64,000 nucleotides of DNA, from the NCBI GenBank assembly GCA_964408285.1, contig CAYOYV010000005.1, positions 1 through 64,000 on the forward strand, read 5' to 3'. The first letter of the stretch is position 1. The number at the start of each line of letters is the position of its first letter. The notes under the pieces were generated by a model. It saw only the letters and a program-made list of their open reading frames with translations, searched no databases and was not told the origin of the DNA. Shown in pieces: positions 9,373-17,969 of this stretch. A program made the translations under genes and the position numbers. Source of the stretch: an uncultured Nitrososphaerota archaeon (GTDB lineage Archaea; Thermoproteota; EX4484-205; JAAOZO01).

Positions 9373-9879
9373 TCATTTAGACACCTCAGAAATGATGTGA
9401 GACAATTCTGGGGCGATGAGCGCCTCACCGGCCAATTCCACAGCTGAGGGAGACCCGGGTATGCTGAATATCATCTTCCCCTTTACCAATCCAGCTGATG
9501 CTCTGCTCATCATAGCCGAGCTGCCGATTTTGCGGAAACTGAGGTACCTGAAGAGTTCTCCAAATCCCTTCAGCTCCTTCTCGTAGAATTTTGAAACAAC
9601 ATCTATTGTCATGTCCTTTCTACTTAACCCTGTTCCTCCGATTGTCACCACGGCGTCCACGTCTTGCCTCATGACAACATCCCCAATGGCATCGGATATC
9701 GATTTCTCATTATTCTTCACTATTGTGTGTCTGGAGATTAGGTGCCTCTTGCTCTCTAGAATGGCCTTGATTATTCTGCCGGATCTGTCTGTGTCAGGTG
9801 TCTGCGAATCGCTGATACAAAGCAGTGCCACTTTTGCCCTTATTTTGGAGGAGCTCTTCTTGTGTTCTAGATGCACCAA
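9373..9879 (-). CDS. moaB: Molybdopterin adenylyltransferase MoaB/MogA
   Basis: ISDS....DRSG, TIGGTGLSRKDMT, GFGELFR..S, SRA.AG, PGSP. Confidence 0.92.
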   Translation of the reverse strand: MVHLEHKKSSSKIRAKVALLCISDSQTPDTDRSGRIIKAILESKRHLISRHTIVKNNEKSISDAIGDVVMRQDVDAVVTIGGTGLSRKDMTIDVVSKFYEKELKGFGELFRYLSFRKIGSSAMMSRASAGLVKGKMIFSIPGSPSAVELAGEALIAPELSHIISEVSK

Positions 9880-9880
9880 G

Positions 9881-10333
9881 CTATTCCTTCACCTTTTTGA
9901 CGACCCTTATCCCTCCGAGGGACGTGCTGGGGTATTGCCCTTTCTCATCTTTCTCCAACTCCTTCACCATGTCCCAGATCGTCAGAAGTCCCACGCAGGT
10001 TCCTGTCAGAGCTTCCATTTCAACACCTGTCTTTGATTGAGCTAGGACCTTACAGATGACTTCGATTCGGCGGGCCCCCACTGTGTAGCTGATATCTATG
10101 TTCTCAATTGGAATATTGTGGCAGGCTGGTATCAGCTCGCTGGTTCTCCTGACCGCCATTATGGCTGCCACCTTCGCCACTGTCAATACATCACCCTTGG
10201 GAATTCTGCCCGTTTTCACTGCTGCCAGAGTTCTTGGTTTGAGCTCGATCGTGCCCTTGGCAACGCAACTCCTGAGCGACAATCCCTTCCGAGAGATGTC
10301 GACGATCTCCAAGCGCCCTCTCTTAGGCGTCAT
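9881..10333 (-). CDS. moaC: Cyclic pyranopterin monophosphate synthase MoaC
   Basis: VDIS.K, KGDVL, LIPACHNIP, TGVEMEALT, IWDMVK. Confidence 0.95.
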   Translation of the reverse strand: MTPKRGRLEIVDISRKGLSLRSCVAKGTIELKPRTLAAVKTGRIPKGDVLTVAKVAAIMAVRRTSELIPACHNIPIENIDISYTVGARRIEVICKVLAQSKTGVEMEALTGTCVGLLTIWDMVKELEKDEKGQYPSTSLGGIRVVKKVKE

Positions 10334-10746
10334 TCTCCTCCCTCATCTTCCACCCACCGACTACCGAGAGAAGTATATTCCTTCTTCCAGAAGGGAACCG
10401 TTTTCTTCAATTCGTCTATCAGCCAACTGCATGCTTCAAAGGCCTGGCGTCTGTGAGTTGCAGATGCGGCGACAAGGACAATATTCTCTGAGGGATTCAG
10501 ACGGCCCTTTCTGTGGATAATGGATATATCTGTGACCCCGAATCTTCCAATTGCGATTTTCTCGAGTTCAGTCATCTTCTTTCTTGCCATTTCCTCATAC
10601 GCTTCTACCGTCATCTCTTTGATCTTTTCCCCTTGGCTGAGCCCTCGCACGATACCGAGGAATATGACCAGGGCGCCGACCTCAGGTCCCTTCATTCTCG
10701 AGATGATCTGATCAACAGAGAAATCCTTTTCCGTTATGTCTATCAT
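10330..10746 (-). CDS. moaE: Molybdopterin synthase catalytic subunit MoaE
   Basis: GA...F.G.VR, EAYEEMA, HR.G.L, HR..AF, LKK.VPFWKKE. Start moved to the ATG at 10746 (MIDITEKDF) because the track start overlaps moaD. Confidence 0.93.
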   Translation of the reverse strand: MIDITEKDFSVDQIISRMKGPEVGALVIFLGIVRGLSQGEKIKEMTVEAYEEMARKKMTELEKIAIGRFGVTDISIIHRKGRLNPSENIVLVAASATHRRQAFEACSWLIDELKKTVPFWKKEYTSLGSRWVEDEGGE

Positions 10747-10750
10747 GGCT

Positions 10751-10990
10751 TCATCCACCACTGACGATTGGAAAGATGGCCACGGAGTCCCCATCGTGAA
10801 GCAATGCTGAACTGTCTACGGACATGCCATTCACTGCAGTGAAGATCCGTTCGTCGCTGAGGCCTGGATACCTGGATATTGCCTCTCGTATCAGACTAGC
10901 AACTGGCGTATTGTTTGGAAGATCATAGAGCTCTTCGTTCTTGTTCGTTATGTCTCTGAACGAAGCGAAATAGAGGACTCTTATCCTCAA
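10751..10990 (-). CDS. moaD: MoaD/SAMP ubiquitin-like sulfur carrier
   Basis: RVLYFASFRD...AVN...L.DGD.VAIFPIVSGG with C-terminal GG. The TTG at 10990 follows a GGGGTGA SD and overlaps the moaA stop. Confidence 0.92.
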   Translation of the reverse strand: MRIRVLYFASFRDITNKNEELYDLPNNTPVASLIREAISRYPGLSDERIFTAVNGMSVDSSALLHDGDSVAIFPIVSGG

Positions 10991-11910
10991 TGTTTCACCC
11001 CCCAATATGGCTCCCTTCTTCTAACGGCCTCCACATAACTCCGCGCAAGCGTTTCCTGAGTAGCATTGGCTCTTAGTAGACCAACGAAATCTACAAGATT
11101 GTCATTTCTCAAGAGGCAAGGTTTCAGTCTTCCGTCAGAAGTGACCCTCATCCTTGTGCAACCTTTGCAGAACTCGGGATTGGTAAGAGGCCTGACTACT
11201 TCGATACTCGCAGAACAACCGTTTGAACTGATTACATATTTCCTCCGCCTGGTGTCATCAGATCGAATTGCTTCTTTGAACTTCCTGGAGATCATCGCCT
11301 CTATTGGATCCATGTCCGCGTGGTATGACTCGAACAATGCCGCATTTGACGGAAGCGGCTGCATTTCTATTAGCTGAACTGTTGCACCGAGCGAAGCACC
11401 GAAATCAATGATGTCTCCAACCTCGTTTTCGTTGGTGTTTCTCAGCAAAACCATATTGATCTTCACTGGCATCAGACCAAATCGGACTGCCGCTCCGATG
11501 CCTCCTAGTGCCTGGGCCAAAAGGTCGGCTCCACAGATTCTCTGATATTTCTTCTGGACAAGCGAGGGAAGGTTGACGTTGACTCTTCTGAGGCCCGCTT
11601 CCTTCATGTCCTTCGCTAGTGTCTCCAAGAGAATCCCGTTGGTGGTCAGTGATACGACGTCTACGATGGCACTGACGTCTTTCACGACATCCACTATGTC
11701 TTGTCTGACCAGGGGCTCTCCCCCGGTTATCTTCACCTCCTCTATGCCGAAGTTCTTTCCCATTTCGACTACTCTCCTTATCTCATCTCTACTGACCTCT
11801 TTGTCTTGAGGGATGTTCCACTCTCTGTGACAGAAGAAGCAATTCAGATTACATCTCTGGGTCACCGAGATTCTCAGTCCCGTAGTGGGTCTGCCAAACC
11901 TATCAATCAT
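10987..11910 (-). CDS. moaA: GTP 3',8-cyclase MoaA (archaeal type)
   Basis: DRFGR...LRISVTQRCNLNCFFCH radical-SAM motif, TGGEPL, FCKGCTRMRVTSDG.LKPCL. Ends PYW without the bacterial GG tail. Confidence 0.95.
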   Translation of the reverse strand: MIDRFGRPTTGLRISVTQRCNLNCFFCHREWNIPQDKEVSRDEIRRVVEMGKNFGIEEVKITGGEPLVRQDIVDVVKDVSAIVDVVSLTTNGILLETLAKDMKEAGLRRVNVNLPSLVQKKYQRICGADLLAQALGGIGAAVRFGLMPVKINMVLLRNTNENEVGDIIDFGASLGATVQLIEMQPLPSNAALFESYHADMDPIEAMISRKFKEAIRSDDTRRRKYVISSNGCSASIEVVRPLTNPEFCKGCTRMRVTSDGRLKPCLLRNDNLVDFVGLLRANATQETLARSYVEAVRRREPYWGVKH

Positions 11911-11935
11911 CGGGAGGGTATAACACGGTTTTAGG

Positions 11936-11947
11936 TTTAAACTTATC
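11936..11947 (-). promoter_or_regulatory. Putative BRE/TATA of the moaADECB-moeA unit
   Basis: Minus strand reads GATAAGTTTAAA, about 26 nt before the moaA ATG. Confidence 0.5.
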
Positions 11948-11959
11948 GGGCACGAATTG

Positions 11960-13036
11960 TCACGCCTTAATCCTGATGATCTGACCAGTATTCCTGGAGG
12001 GAATCAGTCCGGGTGCCTTCTCACCCAGCTCGCGCCTGAATTGTTGGCTCCTCAAGACCGCGATAAAGCTCGATATAATCTGCTTTTTGACGTCTTGTTT
12101 TCTTATGGCGAAGTCAAAGTGCTCATCGGCTACCCTAATGAATGTCAGATTGTGTCTCTTGGCCGCCGGCATTATGCCGATTGCGACATCTGATTCGTTC
12201 CTAGACACTGAGAGAGCCGCTTCAGCATGCGATCTCGCTTCCTTGTCATATCCCTTTATCGTATGACTCAATTCGCTGAACCCCAGATTCATGGAATTCG
12301 CAAGTCTCGCGAGGTTGTGATCTATGAGAATCCTAGTGCCAGATCCCTGATTCCTGTTTATCATCGATACATCTTTTCTAAGCAGATCTGTCCAGCCTCT
12401 TATCCTCTTGGGGTTGCCTCTCTCAATGATCAGTCCCTGCTTTCTCGTATAGCCTCTGATCAGAATGACCCTGTCAGCCAAACCTCTTTGCCTTGTGTAA
12501 GGTATGTTATAGGTCGAAGTCACCTTATCAAGGATATGGATCCCCGACACATCGCTTATCCCGTCGATCAAATATTGCAGACCCCTTTCGGATCCTACAC
12601 TCACATTTCTGACCTTTGCATTTGGCTCCTTCTTTTTCAAGAGACTGACAATAACATCAATCCCGATGCAATTGCTTCCTATGATGCTCAGATCTGCACT
12701 TCTGGAGTATTCATGCTCTGCGGTTCTCGTCATCCTCTCATTCAGATATTCGAAATCTTGGATCATTGTTTCCGCGAAAATCGTAAGCGTTGTGCCTCCG
12801 CCACCGTGACCTCCGATTCTTGATTCAACCAACGCCTCGCCAGTAGCATCTTCCATTGCTGTCAACGACTTCCAGAGATGCCTATATGAAATCCCCAGAT
12901 GCTTGGCAGCTTCGTTGAAGGAGCCGCAGTCTCTTACCGCCTTCAGTATCTCTATGCCTTCTTTGTTTGCCGCTTTCATGTTTTCTCTGGCCAGCCACAA
13001 TTCAAAACGTGGCCTCAGGGAGCTCGCATCAACCAT
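11960..13036 (-). CDS. ModE-type wHTH fused to a periplasmic-binding-like (molybdate/tungstate sensing) domain; transcriptional regulator
   Basis: N-terminus LKAV..CGSF..AAK.LGISYR..W..L..ME...G..LV....GG.GGGGT.LT is the ModE HTH. C-terminus GSNCIG.D...VGSERGL...GIH.LD...YN...GY.RKQGL...NRNQGSGTR...SH is the PBP domain also found on MoeA-PBP fusions. Confidence 0.85.
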   Translation of the reverse strand: MVDASSLRPRFELWLARENMKAANKEGIEILKAVRDCGSFNEAAKHLGISYRHLWKSLTAMEDATGEALVESRIGGHGGGGTTLTIFAETMIQDFEYLNERMTRTAEHEYSRSADLSIIGSNCIGIDVIVSLLKKKEPNAKVRNVSVGSERGLQYLIDGISDVSGIHILDKVTSTYNIPYTRQRGLADRVILIRGYTRKQGLIIERGNPKRIRGWTDLLRKDVSMINRNQGSGTRILIDHNLARLANSMNLGFSELSHTIKGYDKEARSHAEAALSVSRNESDVAIGIMPAAKRHNLTFIRVADEHFDFAIRKQDVKKQIISSFIAVLRSQQFRRELGEKAPGLIPSRNTGQIIRIKA

Positions 13037-13169
13037 CTTTTGACAACATCAGCCCTAATTGCATTTAAAACCTTAATCGAGAACAGCAAGCACATATCAA
13101 GAAACGTGGTTGCAGTATGGCGATTTGCTTCATTTTGGATCTTCAGGCCATTTATTGAACTCAGGGGGA

Positions 13170-13181
13170 GAAAATTTAAAT
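13170..13181 (+). promoter_or_regulatory. BRE/TATA of tupABC
   Basis: GAAAATTTAAAT located about 35 nt upstream of the tupA ATG. Confidence 0.6.
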
Positions 13182-13189
13182 GGGCATGG

Positions 13190-13215
13190 GCGCTATGCTC
13201 GGCCGAACATAACGC
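13190..13215. promoter_or_regulatory. ModE-like operator palindrome
   Basis: GCGCTATGC-TCGGCCGA-ACATAACGC is a 26-bp inverted repeat with two mismatched pairs. It lies between the TATA box and the tupA ATG, and the arms resemble the CGyTAT..ATAaCG ModE box. Confidence 0.7.
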
Positions 13216-14196
13216 ATGAGCAGCAGGCTGAAGTTTTTGACTGGCTTTGTCGGGTTTCTAGCGCTGCTTTGTATTCTGTTCGCCATCGTGTGGGCTCAGG
13301 TAAACAATATGAGATCCAGAAGGCTAGTGATAGCAACGACTACGAGCACTGTCGATAGTGGACTTCTCGACTTCCTGAAGCCATACTTCGAGAGCGAGTT
13401 TAACGGCAACATGACATGGCTCTATCTTGGAACCGGACAGGCCATGGCGGTTGCTTCTCGGGGAGACGCGGATATTCTTCTTGTGCACGACAGAGTGAGG
13501 GAAGATGCTTTCATCAAATCTGGGAATGGAACTCACAGGGTGACCATAATGTACAATGACTTCATATTGATTGGTCCTGCAGATGATCCTGCTGGAATCA
13601 AGGGATCCCGCAACGCGACGGATGCATTTCGAAGAATCGCGCAGGCTGGTAATCAAGGGAAAGCGATTTTTGTCTCAAGGGGCGACGGATCGGGCACTGA
13701 GGCCCTGGAGCTTAGGATATGGGCAAGGATCGGCTTCGCCTATCCTAACGCGACGCGAACGCCGGCGCTTTCGGCAAGCAAGTGGTACCTCCAGGCGGGA
13801 CAGGGAATGGCCTCCACAATAAAGATTACGAACGAGAAGTTGGGGTACACGATCTCCGATAGGGCCTCCTTCGCCAAACTCGTGAGTCAAATGGGCTCGA
13901 GCCTTCGGTTGTCCGTACTATTTGAAGGTGACAGCATCTTGCTGAACCCTTACGGCCTCATACTGCTCAACCCTTCGAAGTATCCCAATATCAACAACAG
14001 ACTAGCTGAGAAGTTCTTCCTCTTCATGGTTTCTGCGGAAGGTCAGGGGCTGATTGCGAACTATACTCTGGGAGGCCAACAGCTTTTTCACCCAGTCTTC
14101 GGAAACCCTGAATCGATAGGACTTCCTTCCGAGAAGATAGAAGTGGATTACTGGATTGAAAAGCTGAGGACGAATGGAATGGAGCCGCCTGAATGA
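13216..14196 (+). CDS. tupA: Tungstate ABC transporter substrate-binding protein TupA
   Basis: N-terminal TM anchor; ATTTSTVDSGLL (TTTS tungstate motif), GTGQA, GDAD..LVH, MYNDF..IGP..DPA, SRGD.SGT, NPYG. Confidence 0.93.
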   Translation: MSSRLKFLTGFVGFLALLCILFAIVWAQVNNMRSRRLVIATTTSTVDSGLLDFLKPYFESEFNGNMTWLYLGTGQAMAVASRGDADILLVHDRVREDAFIKSGNGTHRVTIMYNDFILIGPADDPAGIKGSRNATDAFRRIAQAGNQGKAIFVSRGDGSGTEALELRIWARIGFAYPNATRTPALSASKWYLQAGQGMASTIKITNEKLGYTISDRASFAKLVSQMGSSLRLSVLFEGDSILLNPYGLILLNPSKYPNINNRLAEKFFLFMVSAEGQGLIANYTLGGQQLFHPVFGNPESIGLPSEKIEVDYWIEKLRTNGMEPPE

Positions 14197-14263
14197 ATGG
14201 GATATATTTTTTGGCCAATGACAATGTATCTGTATCTGTCGGCCGGCAGGGAGACAAACGAGA

Positions 14264-14998
14264 ATGGACGGCTGGAATGAGATAATACGGGGGATATTAA
14301 GGGCATTGGAACTGATACTGTCGGGGGATCCTGAGGTATTGCGAATCACACTGCTCTCTCTCACTGTGTCAGGTTCGGCCACCTTGATAGCTTCCATGAT
14401 CGGAATCCCTCTCGGTGTAGTTCTAGCGCTAGTCGATTTCCGGGGAAAGACACTTCTGCGAAACATAATCAACACGCTGATGGGTCTGCCCCCTGTGGTA
14501 ATAGGGTTGGTTCTCTATCTGCTTCTCTCGACCGCAGGTCCTTTCGGTTTTTTGCGTTTGCTGTATACGCCAGAGGCCATGGTAATGGCCCAGATGATCG
14601 CTGTGTTGCCGCTTAGCGTGGGAATATCGATATCGGCAGTTGAAGCTGTCGACCCCAGAATAAGGGAAACAACGATCTCTCTCGGAGCTTCACGCCCTTG
14701 GCAGACTTTGATGATGCTCAATGAGGCCAGAATTGGAATAATCACATCAATCGTTGTTGGATTTGGCGCGGCAATATCTGAAGTGGGAGCGATAATGATC
14801 GTTGGCGGGAATCTTCTCGGCTACACAAGAGCCTTGACGACAGCCATCGTCCTATTGACGAATCAGGGTGCCTTTGAAGAGGCCATAGCGCTTGGAATGA
14901 TCTTGTTGGCACTCTCTTTCGTTGTTAATCTGATCCTAGTCTTCATTCAGCTAGGGCTGAAGAGACATGATATCACAGGGGGCCGATGGCGGATCTGA
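14264..14998 (+). CDS. tupB: Tungstate ABC transporter permease TupB
   Basis: NTLMGLPPVVIGL..Y.LLS..GPFG, GFG.AISEVGA.MIVGGN....TR.LTTAI. Confidence 0.93.
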   Translation: MDGWNEIIRGILRALELILSGDPEVLRITLLSLTVSGSATLIASMIGIPLGVVLALVDFRGKTLLRNIINTLMGLPPVVIGLVLYLLLSTAGPFGFLRLLYTPEAMVMAQMIAVLPLSVGISISAVEAVDPRIRETTISLGASRPWQTLMMLNEARIGIITSIVVGFGAAISEVGAIMIVGGNLLGYTRALTTAIVLLTNQGAFEEAIALGMILLALSFVVNLILVFIQLGLKRHDITGGRWRI

Positions 14999-15014
14999 AT
15001 ATCCCGGAGTAGAG

Positions 15015-15755
15015 ATGAGGATGTCTTCTTTGATCAAGCTTGACAACATCTGCAAATCGTTCTCAGGCAAATCCGTGTTGGAGAATGTGAGCCTTGAGGC
15101 ACAAGCAGGAGAGCTACTCGTCATAATAGGACCGAATGGCTCCGGCAAAACAACACTGCTTAGGCTGATCGATCTCTTGGAAACTCCGGACTCAGGTAGG
15201 ATTCTCTTCCAGGGCAATGATGTCTTAAGTGATCCCGCGATGAAGGATGTCACCAGGATGAAGATCGGGATGGTCTTTCAGCAGGCCACGGTCTTCGACA
15301 CTTCGGTCTACAATAACGTCGCATGGACACTAAGGATGAGAGGAAGCGAGGACAATTCGTTGGGCCGAAGTGTTGAGAACGTCTTGGAGCTGGTCGGTCT
15401 GCTGACGATTAAGAGTCAGCGCGCGAGAACACTGTCTGGAGGTGAAGCCCAAAGATTGGCTCTAGCGAGAGTTATGGTCTATCAACCACAACTGCTATTG
15501 ATGGATGAACCGACGGCCAACCTTGATCCATATAACGTTGGAGTAATAGAGGAAGTAATACTGCGGGTGAATCGGGATCTTGGGACAACCATAATCATGG
15601 CTACCCATAATATGTTTCAGGCACGGAGATTGGGAAGGGAGATTGCTCTTTTGCTCGACGGAGAGATAATCGAGACGGGTTCACCGGAGGACATATTCGA
15701 GCATCCGGTGGATGAGAAAACAAGCTCATTCGTTAAGGGAGAGATGGTGTATTGA
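15015..15755 (+). CDS. tupC: Tungstate ABC transporter ATPase TupC
   Basis: GPNGSGKTT, LSGGEAQR, MDEPTANLDP, THN. Follows tupB; start placed at the ATG after the tupB stop (track start 14967). Confidence 0.9.
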   Translation: MRMSSLIKLDNICKSFSGKSVLENVSLEAQAGELLVIIGPNGSGKTTLLRLIDLLETPDSGRILFQGNDVLSDPAMKDVTRMKIGMVFQQATVFDTSVYNNVAWTLRMRGSEDNSLGRSVENVLELVGLLTIKSQRARTLSGGEAQRLALARVMVYQPQLLLMDEPTANLDPYNVGVIEEVILRVNRDLGTTIIMATHNMFQARRLGREIALLLDGEIIETGSPEDIFEHPVDEKTSSFVKGEMVY

Positions 15756-15831
15756 GCCAGATGTGCGTTACACGTGAGAGTCTCGCAAGGCAGAAGGATT
15801 ATTACTCCACAGGTTACAGACATCAGTAAGC

Positions 15832-16353
15832 ATGGCGCGCGTTCCTGTGATCAGGATCATAGGGAAAAGGGACTCCGGTAAAACCAGACTGATCGCAAGC
15901 ATCACTTCGCAACTCGTCCACAGGGGCTACAGGGTTTCCGTGATAAAGCACTCGATGCACCGCTCATCGTTTGATCAACCAGGGAAAGACACCTGGAGGT
16001 TTTCAAGGGCAGGGTCAAGCGTCTCTGCACTGTGCTGTCCAAATGAGATCGTAATCGTGAAAAGGACGAAAAAAGAACCCAGGCTAGAAGATGTCGTCAG
16101 TCAGACAAAGGAAGATGCTGACATAATCCTCGTTGAGGGGTTCAAGAACGCAAAGGGTCCCAAGATCGAGATCCGGAGAAAAGGAGAGAGAGCAAATGGT
16201 GTCAAAGGCTTGATAGCTGTGGTGGGGAATCCCAATGAGAAGGCAGGGGTCCCGCAATTCGGCTTTCGAGAGAATACCAAATTAGTGGACCTGCTTGAAG
16301 CAACCTTCTTGGCAAGAAGAACGGGAAGGAAGCGATACGCCAGTCATAAGTAG
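15832..16353 (+). CDS. mobB: Molybdopterin-guanine dinucleotide biosynthesis protein MobB
   Basis: IIGKRDSGKT, VIKH, D.PGKDTWRF..AG, DIILVEGFK...PKIEI. Confidence 0.9.
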   Translation: MARVPVIRIIGKRDSGKTRLIASITSQLVHRGYRVSVIKHSMHRSSFDQPGKDTWRFSRAGSSVSALCCPNEIVIVKRTKKEPRLEDVVSQTKEDADIILVEGFKNAKGPKIEIRRKGERANGVKGLIAVVGNPNEKAGVPQFGFRENTKLVDLLEATFLARRTGRKRYASHK

Positions 16354-16400
16354 CGCAAAGGGATTTATGCCCTGATCCATGCCTCAGTGAGTGAATCAGC

Positions 16401-16562
16401 ATGAAAGTGAAGGTATCCGTTGACGGGAAAGATATCCCCCTGAACGACTTCGCCTCAAAGGTTGTCGGAAGGACAGCATTGGGTCTGGTATCATCCCTGA
16501 AGTATGTGGACAGACCAAGAAGAGTCACGATTGATGTGGAACTGGAAGAAACAAATGGCTAG
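16401..16562 (+). CDS. 53-aa protein resembling the C-terminal domain of long archaeal MobB proteins (not in ORF track)
   Basis: My translation: MKVKVSVDGKDIPLNDFASKVVGRTALGLVSSLKYVDRPRRVTIDVELEETNG. Preceded by GAGTGA and fills the mobB-moeB gap. Confidence 0.72.
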   Translation: MKVKVSVDGKDIPLNDFASKVVGRTALGLVSSLKYVDRPRRVTIDVELEETNG

Positions 16563-16617
16563 GCCTGCCTTCTCATAATTGGAATGCTTATATTCGTTGG
16601 ATCGAAAATCAATCGGC

Positions 16618-17394
16618 ATGTCGATAAACTTCGATCCCCTAGGGTTCTACTCTCGGCAAGCTAGGATGCGAGAGATAGGTAGCGTGGGTCAGACTAGGCT
16701 GCATGAGTTCAAGGTCGCCATTGTCGGCCTGGGTGGTTTGGGGAGTTTTGAGGCTCTGCTGCTCGCCTTGGCAGGAGTCGGAGAAATAAGGTTGATAGAC
16801 GACGATATTGTGGCCGTGGAGAACCTACATAGATCTCCTATCTACACTTTCGAAGACATAGGTGTTCGGAAAGTCTACGCAGCCGGTTCGAAACTCAAGA
16901 GATTGAATCCGGAGGTCAAGGTCGTGTCGCATAATCAAAGAATCATGGAGGACGAGACAAGGCTGATCGAGCTCCTCCGAGGCGTCGATTGTGTCTTGGA
17001 CGGACTGGACAATTTTGAATCCAGGCGGATCGTCAACAGGTATTGCGCAAGGAATGGGACAATCTATGTCTATGCCGGTGTTCAAGCCTTCGAGGGAAAT
17101 GTCTCCGTATTTCGAACTCCGGGGACTGCCTGTTTGGAATGCCTTGTCCCCGAGTCCGGACCTGATCTCATTGACTTCCTGCCGAGATGTGATTCGTTGG
17201 GCGTCATTGGGACCTCCGTTGGAGGTGTCGCATCAATCGCAAGCACCGAGTGCCTGAAACTTGGCCTGGGACTGAGTTCGAATCTCTTTGGAAGGCTGCT
17301 GGCCATTGACCTAAGGAATATGGACTTTAATGTGATTGACATTCAGAAGAATCCTGAATGCCCTGTCTGTGGCAGAGGCAATCCACATAGCTGA
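16618..17394 (+). CDS. moeB: MoeB/ThiF/UbaA E1-like adenylyltransferase
   Basis: YSRQ, GLGGLG, D.D.V...NLHR, DGLDNFESR, CLEC, catalytic-position C (PRCDSLG), CPVC. The ATG at 16618 lies about 27 nt after a TTATA box. Confidence 0.9.
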   Translation: MSINFDPLGFYSRQARMREIGSVGQTRLHEFKVAIVGLGGLGSFEALLLALAGVGEIRLIDDDIVAVENLHRSPIYTFEDIGVRKVYAAGSKLKRLNPEVKVVSHNQRIMEDETRLIELLRGVDCVLDGLDNFESRRIVNRYCARNGTIYVYAGVQAFEGNVSVFRTPGTACLECLVPESGPDLIDFLPRCDSLGVIGTSVGGVASIASTECLKLGLGLSSNLFGRLLAIDLRNMDFNVIDIQKNPECPVCGRGNPHS

Positions 17395-17483
17395 AATGTA
17401 CAGATTGCTCTTGAGTGTTCGTTCTTGCCTTCACGGATCTTCAAGTGAAATGCTGTCTATTGGTCTCAGGGACGGGAGCACAT

Positions 17484-17969
17484 CTACTTTTGAGTTGGTT
17501 CAGGTCTGAATGCGATTCTGCCGGAAGCCACACCAGACATTAGAATCACAAGACTCACTACAGAAATCAGGGGATCCTTGTATTTTGACCCTTTCAGTTC
17601 AACGTCATATGTGATTTGGGTATCCCTTGTAGCATCGAATTTGAGCAGGATCGGTTCATATTTGTACGAACGAACAAGAGCGATCCCAACATGCAGGTCA
17701 TACATCTCCTCGGAACTTCCCAGAAGGATGCTCACTGTGGCCTCTTCATCCGAGACAAGGACAATACTGAAACTCTTGTCGAACATGCCGCCCGATACAG
17801 TATAATTCGCCTCGTCAATGATGATCTGCGATGAGGACTCCGAAATGAGTAGCTTTCCACCGAGCCTCTCGCTCACCTTGTCAGGAATAGTAGCATAGAA
17901 AGCTAGGATCCAACTCATGCAGAAGAGAGCAAGAGTGGCGATTAGCATTAGCTTTCTTTCGCGAGTCAT
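17484..17969 (-). CDS. Hypothetical membrane protein (N- and C-terminal TM helices flanking a beta-rich domain)
   Basis: Hydrophobic segments LMLIATLALFCMSWILAFYA and LISVVSLVILMSGVA. ATGA overlap with the upstream gene. Confidence 0.65.
   Translation of the reverse strand: MTRERKLMLIATLALFCMSWILAFYATIPDKVSERLGGKLLISESSSQIIIDEANYTVSGGMFDKSFSIVLVSDEEATVSILLGSSEEMYDLHVGIALVRSYKYEPILLKFDATRDTQITYDVELKGSKYKDPLISVVSLVILMSGVASGRIAFRPEPTQK

Noticed and set aside
12227-12823. 198-aa plus-strand ORF
   Set aside because: Antisense shadow of the ModE-PBP regulator, with no motifs.
14194-14280. In-frame continuation after the tupA TGA (MGYIFWPMTMYLYL...) suggesting readthrough or a premature stop
   Set aside because: The TupA domain is already complete, the extension is short and would overlap tupB, and no recoding signal is visible.
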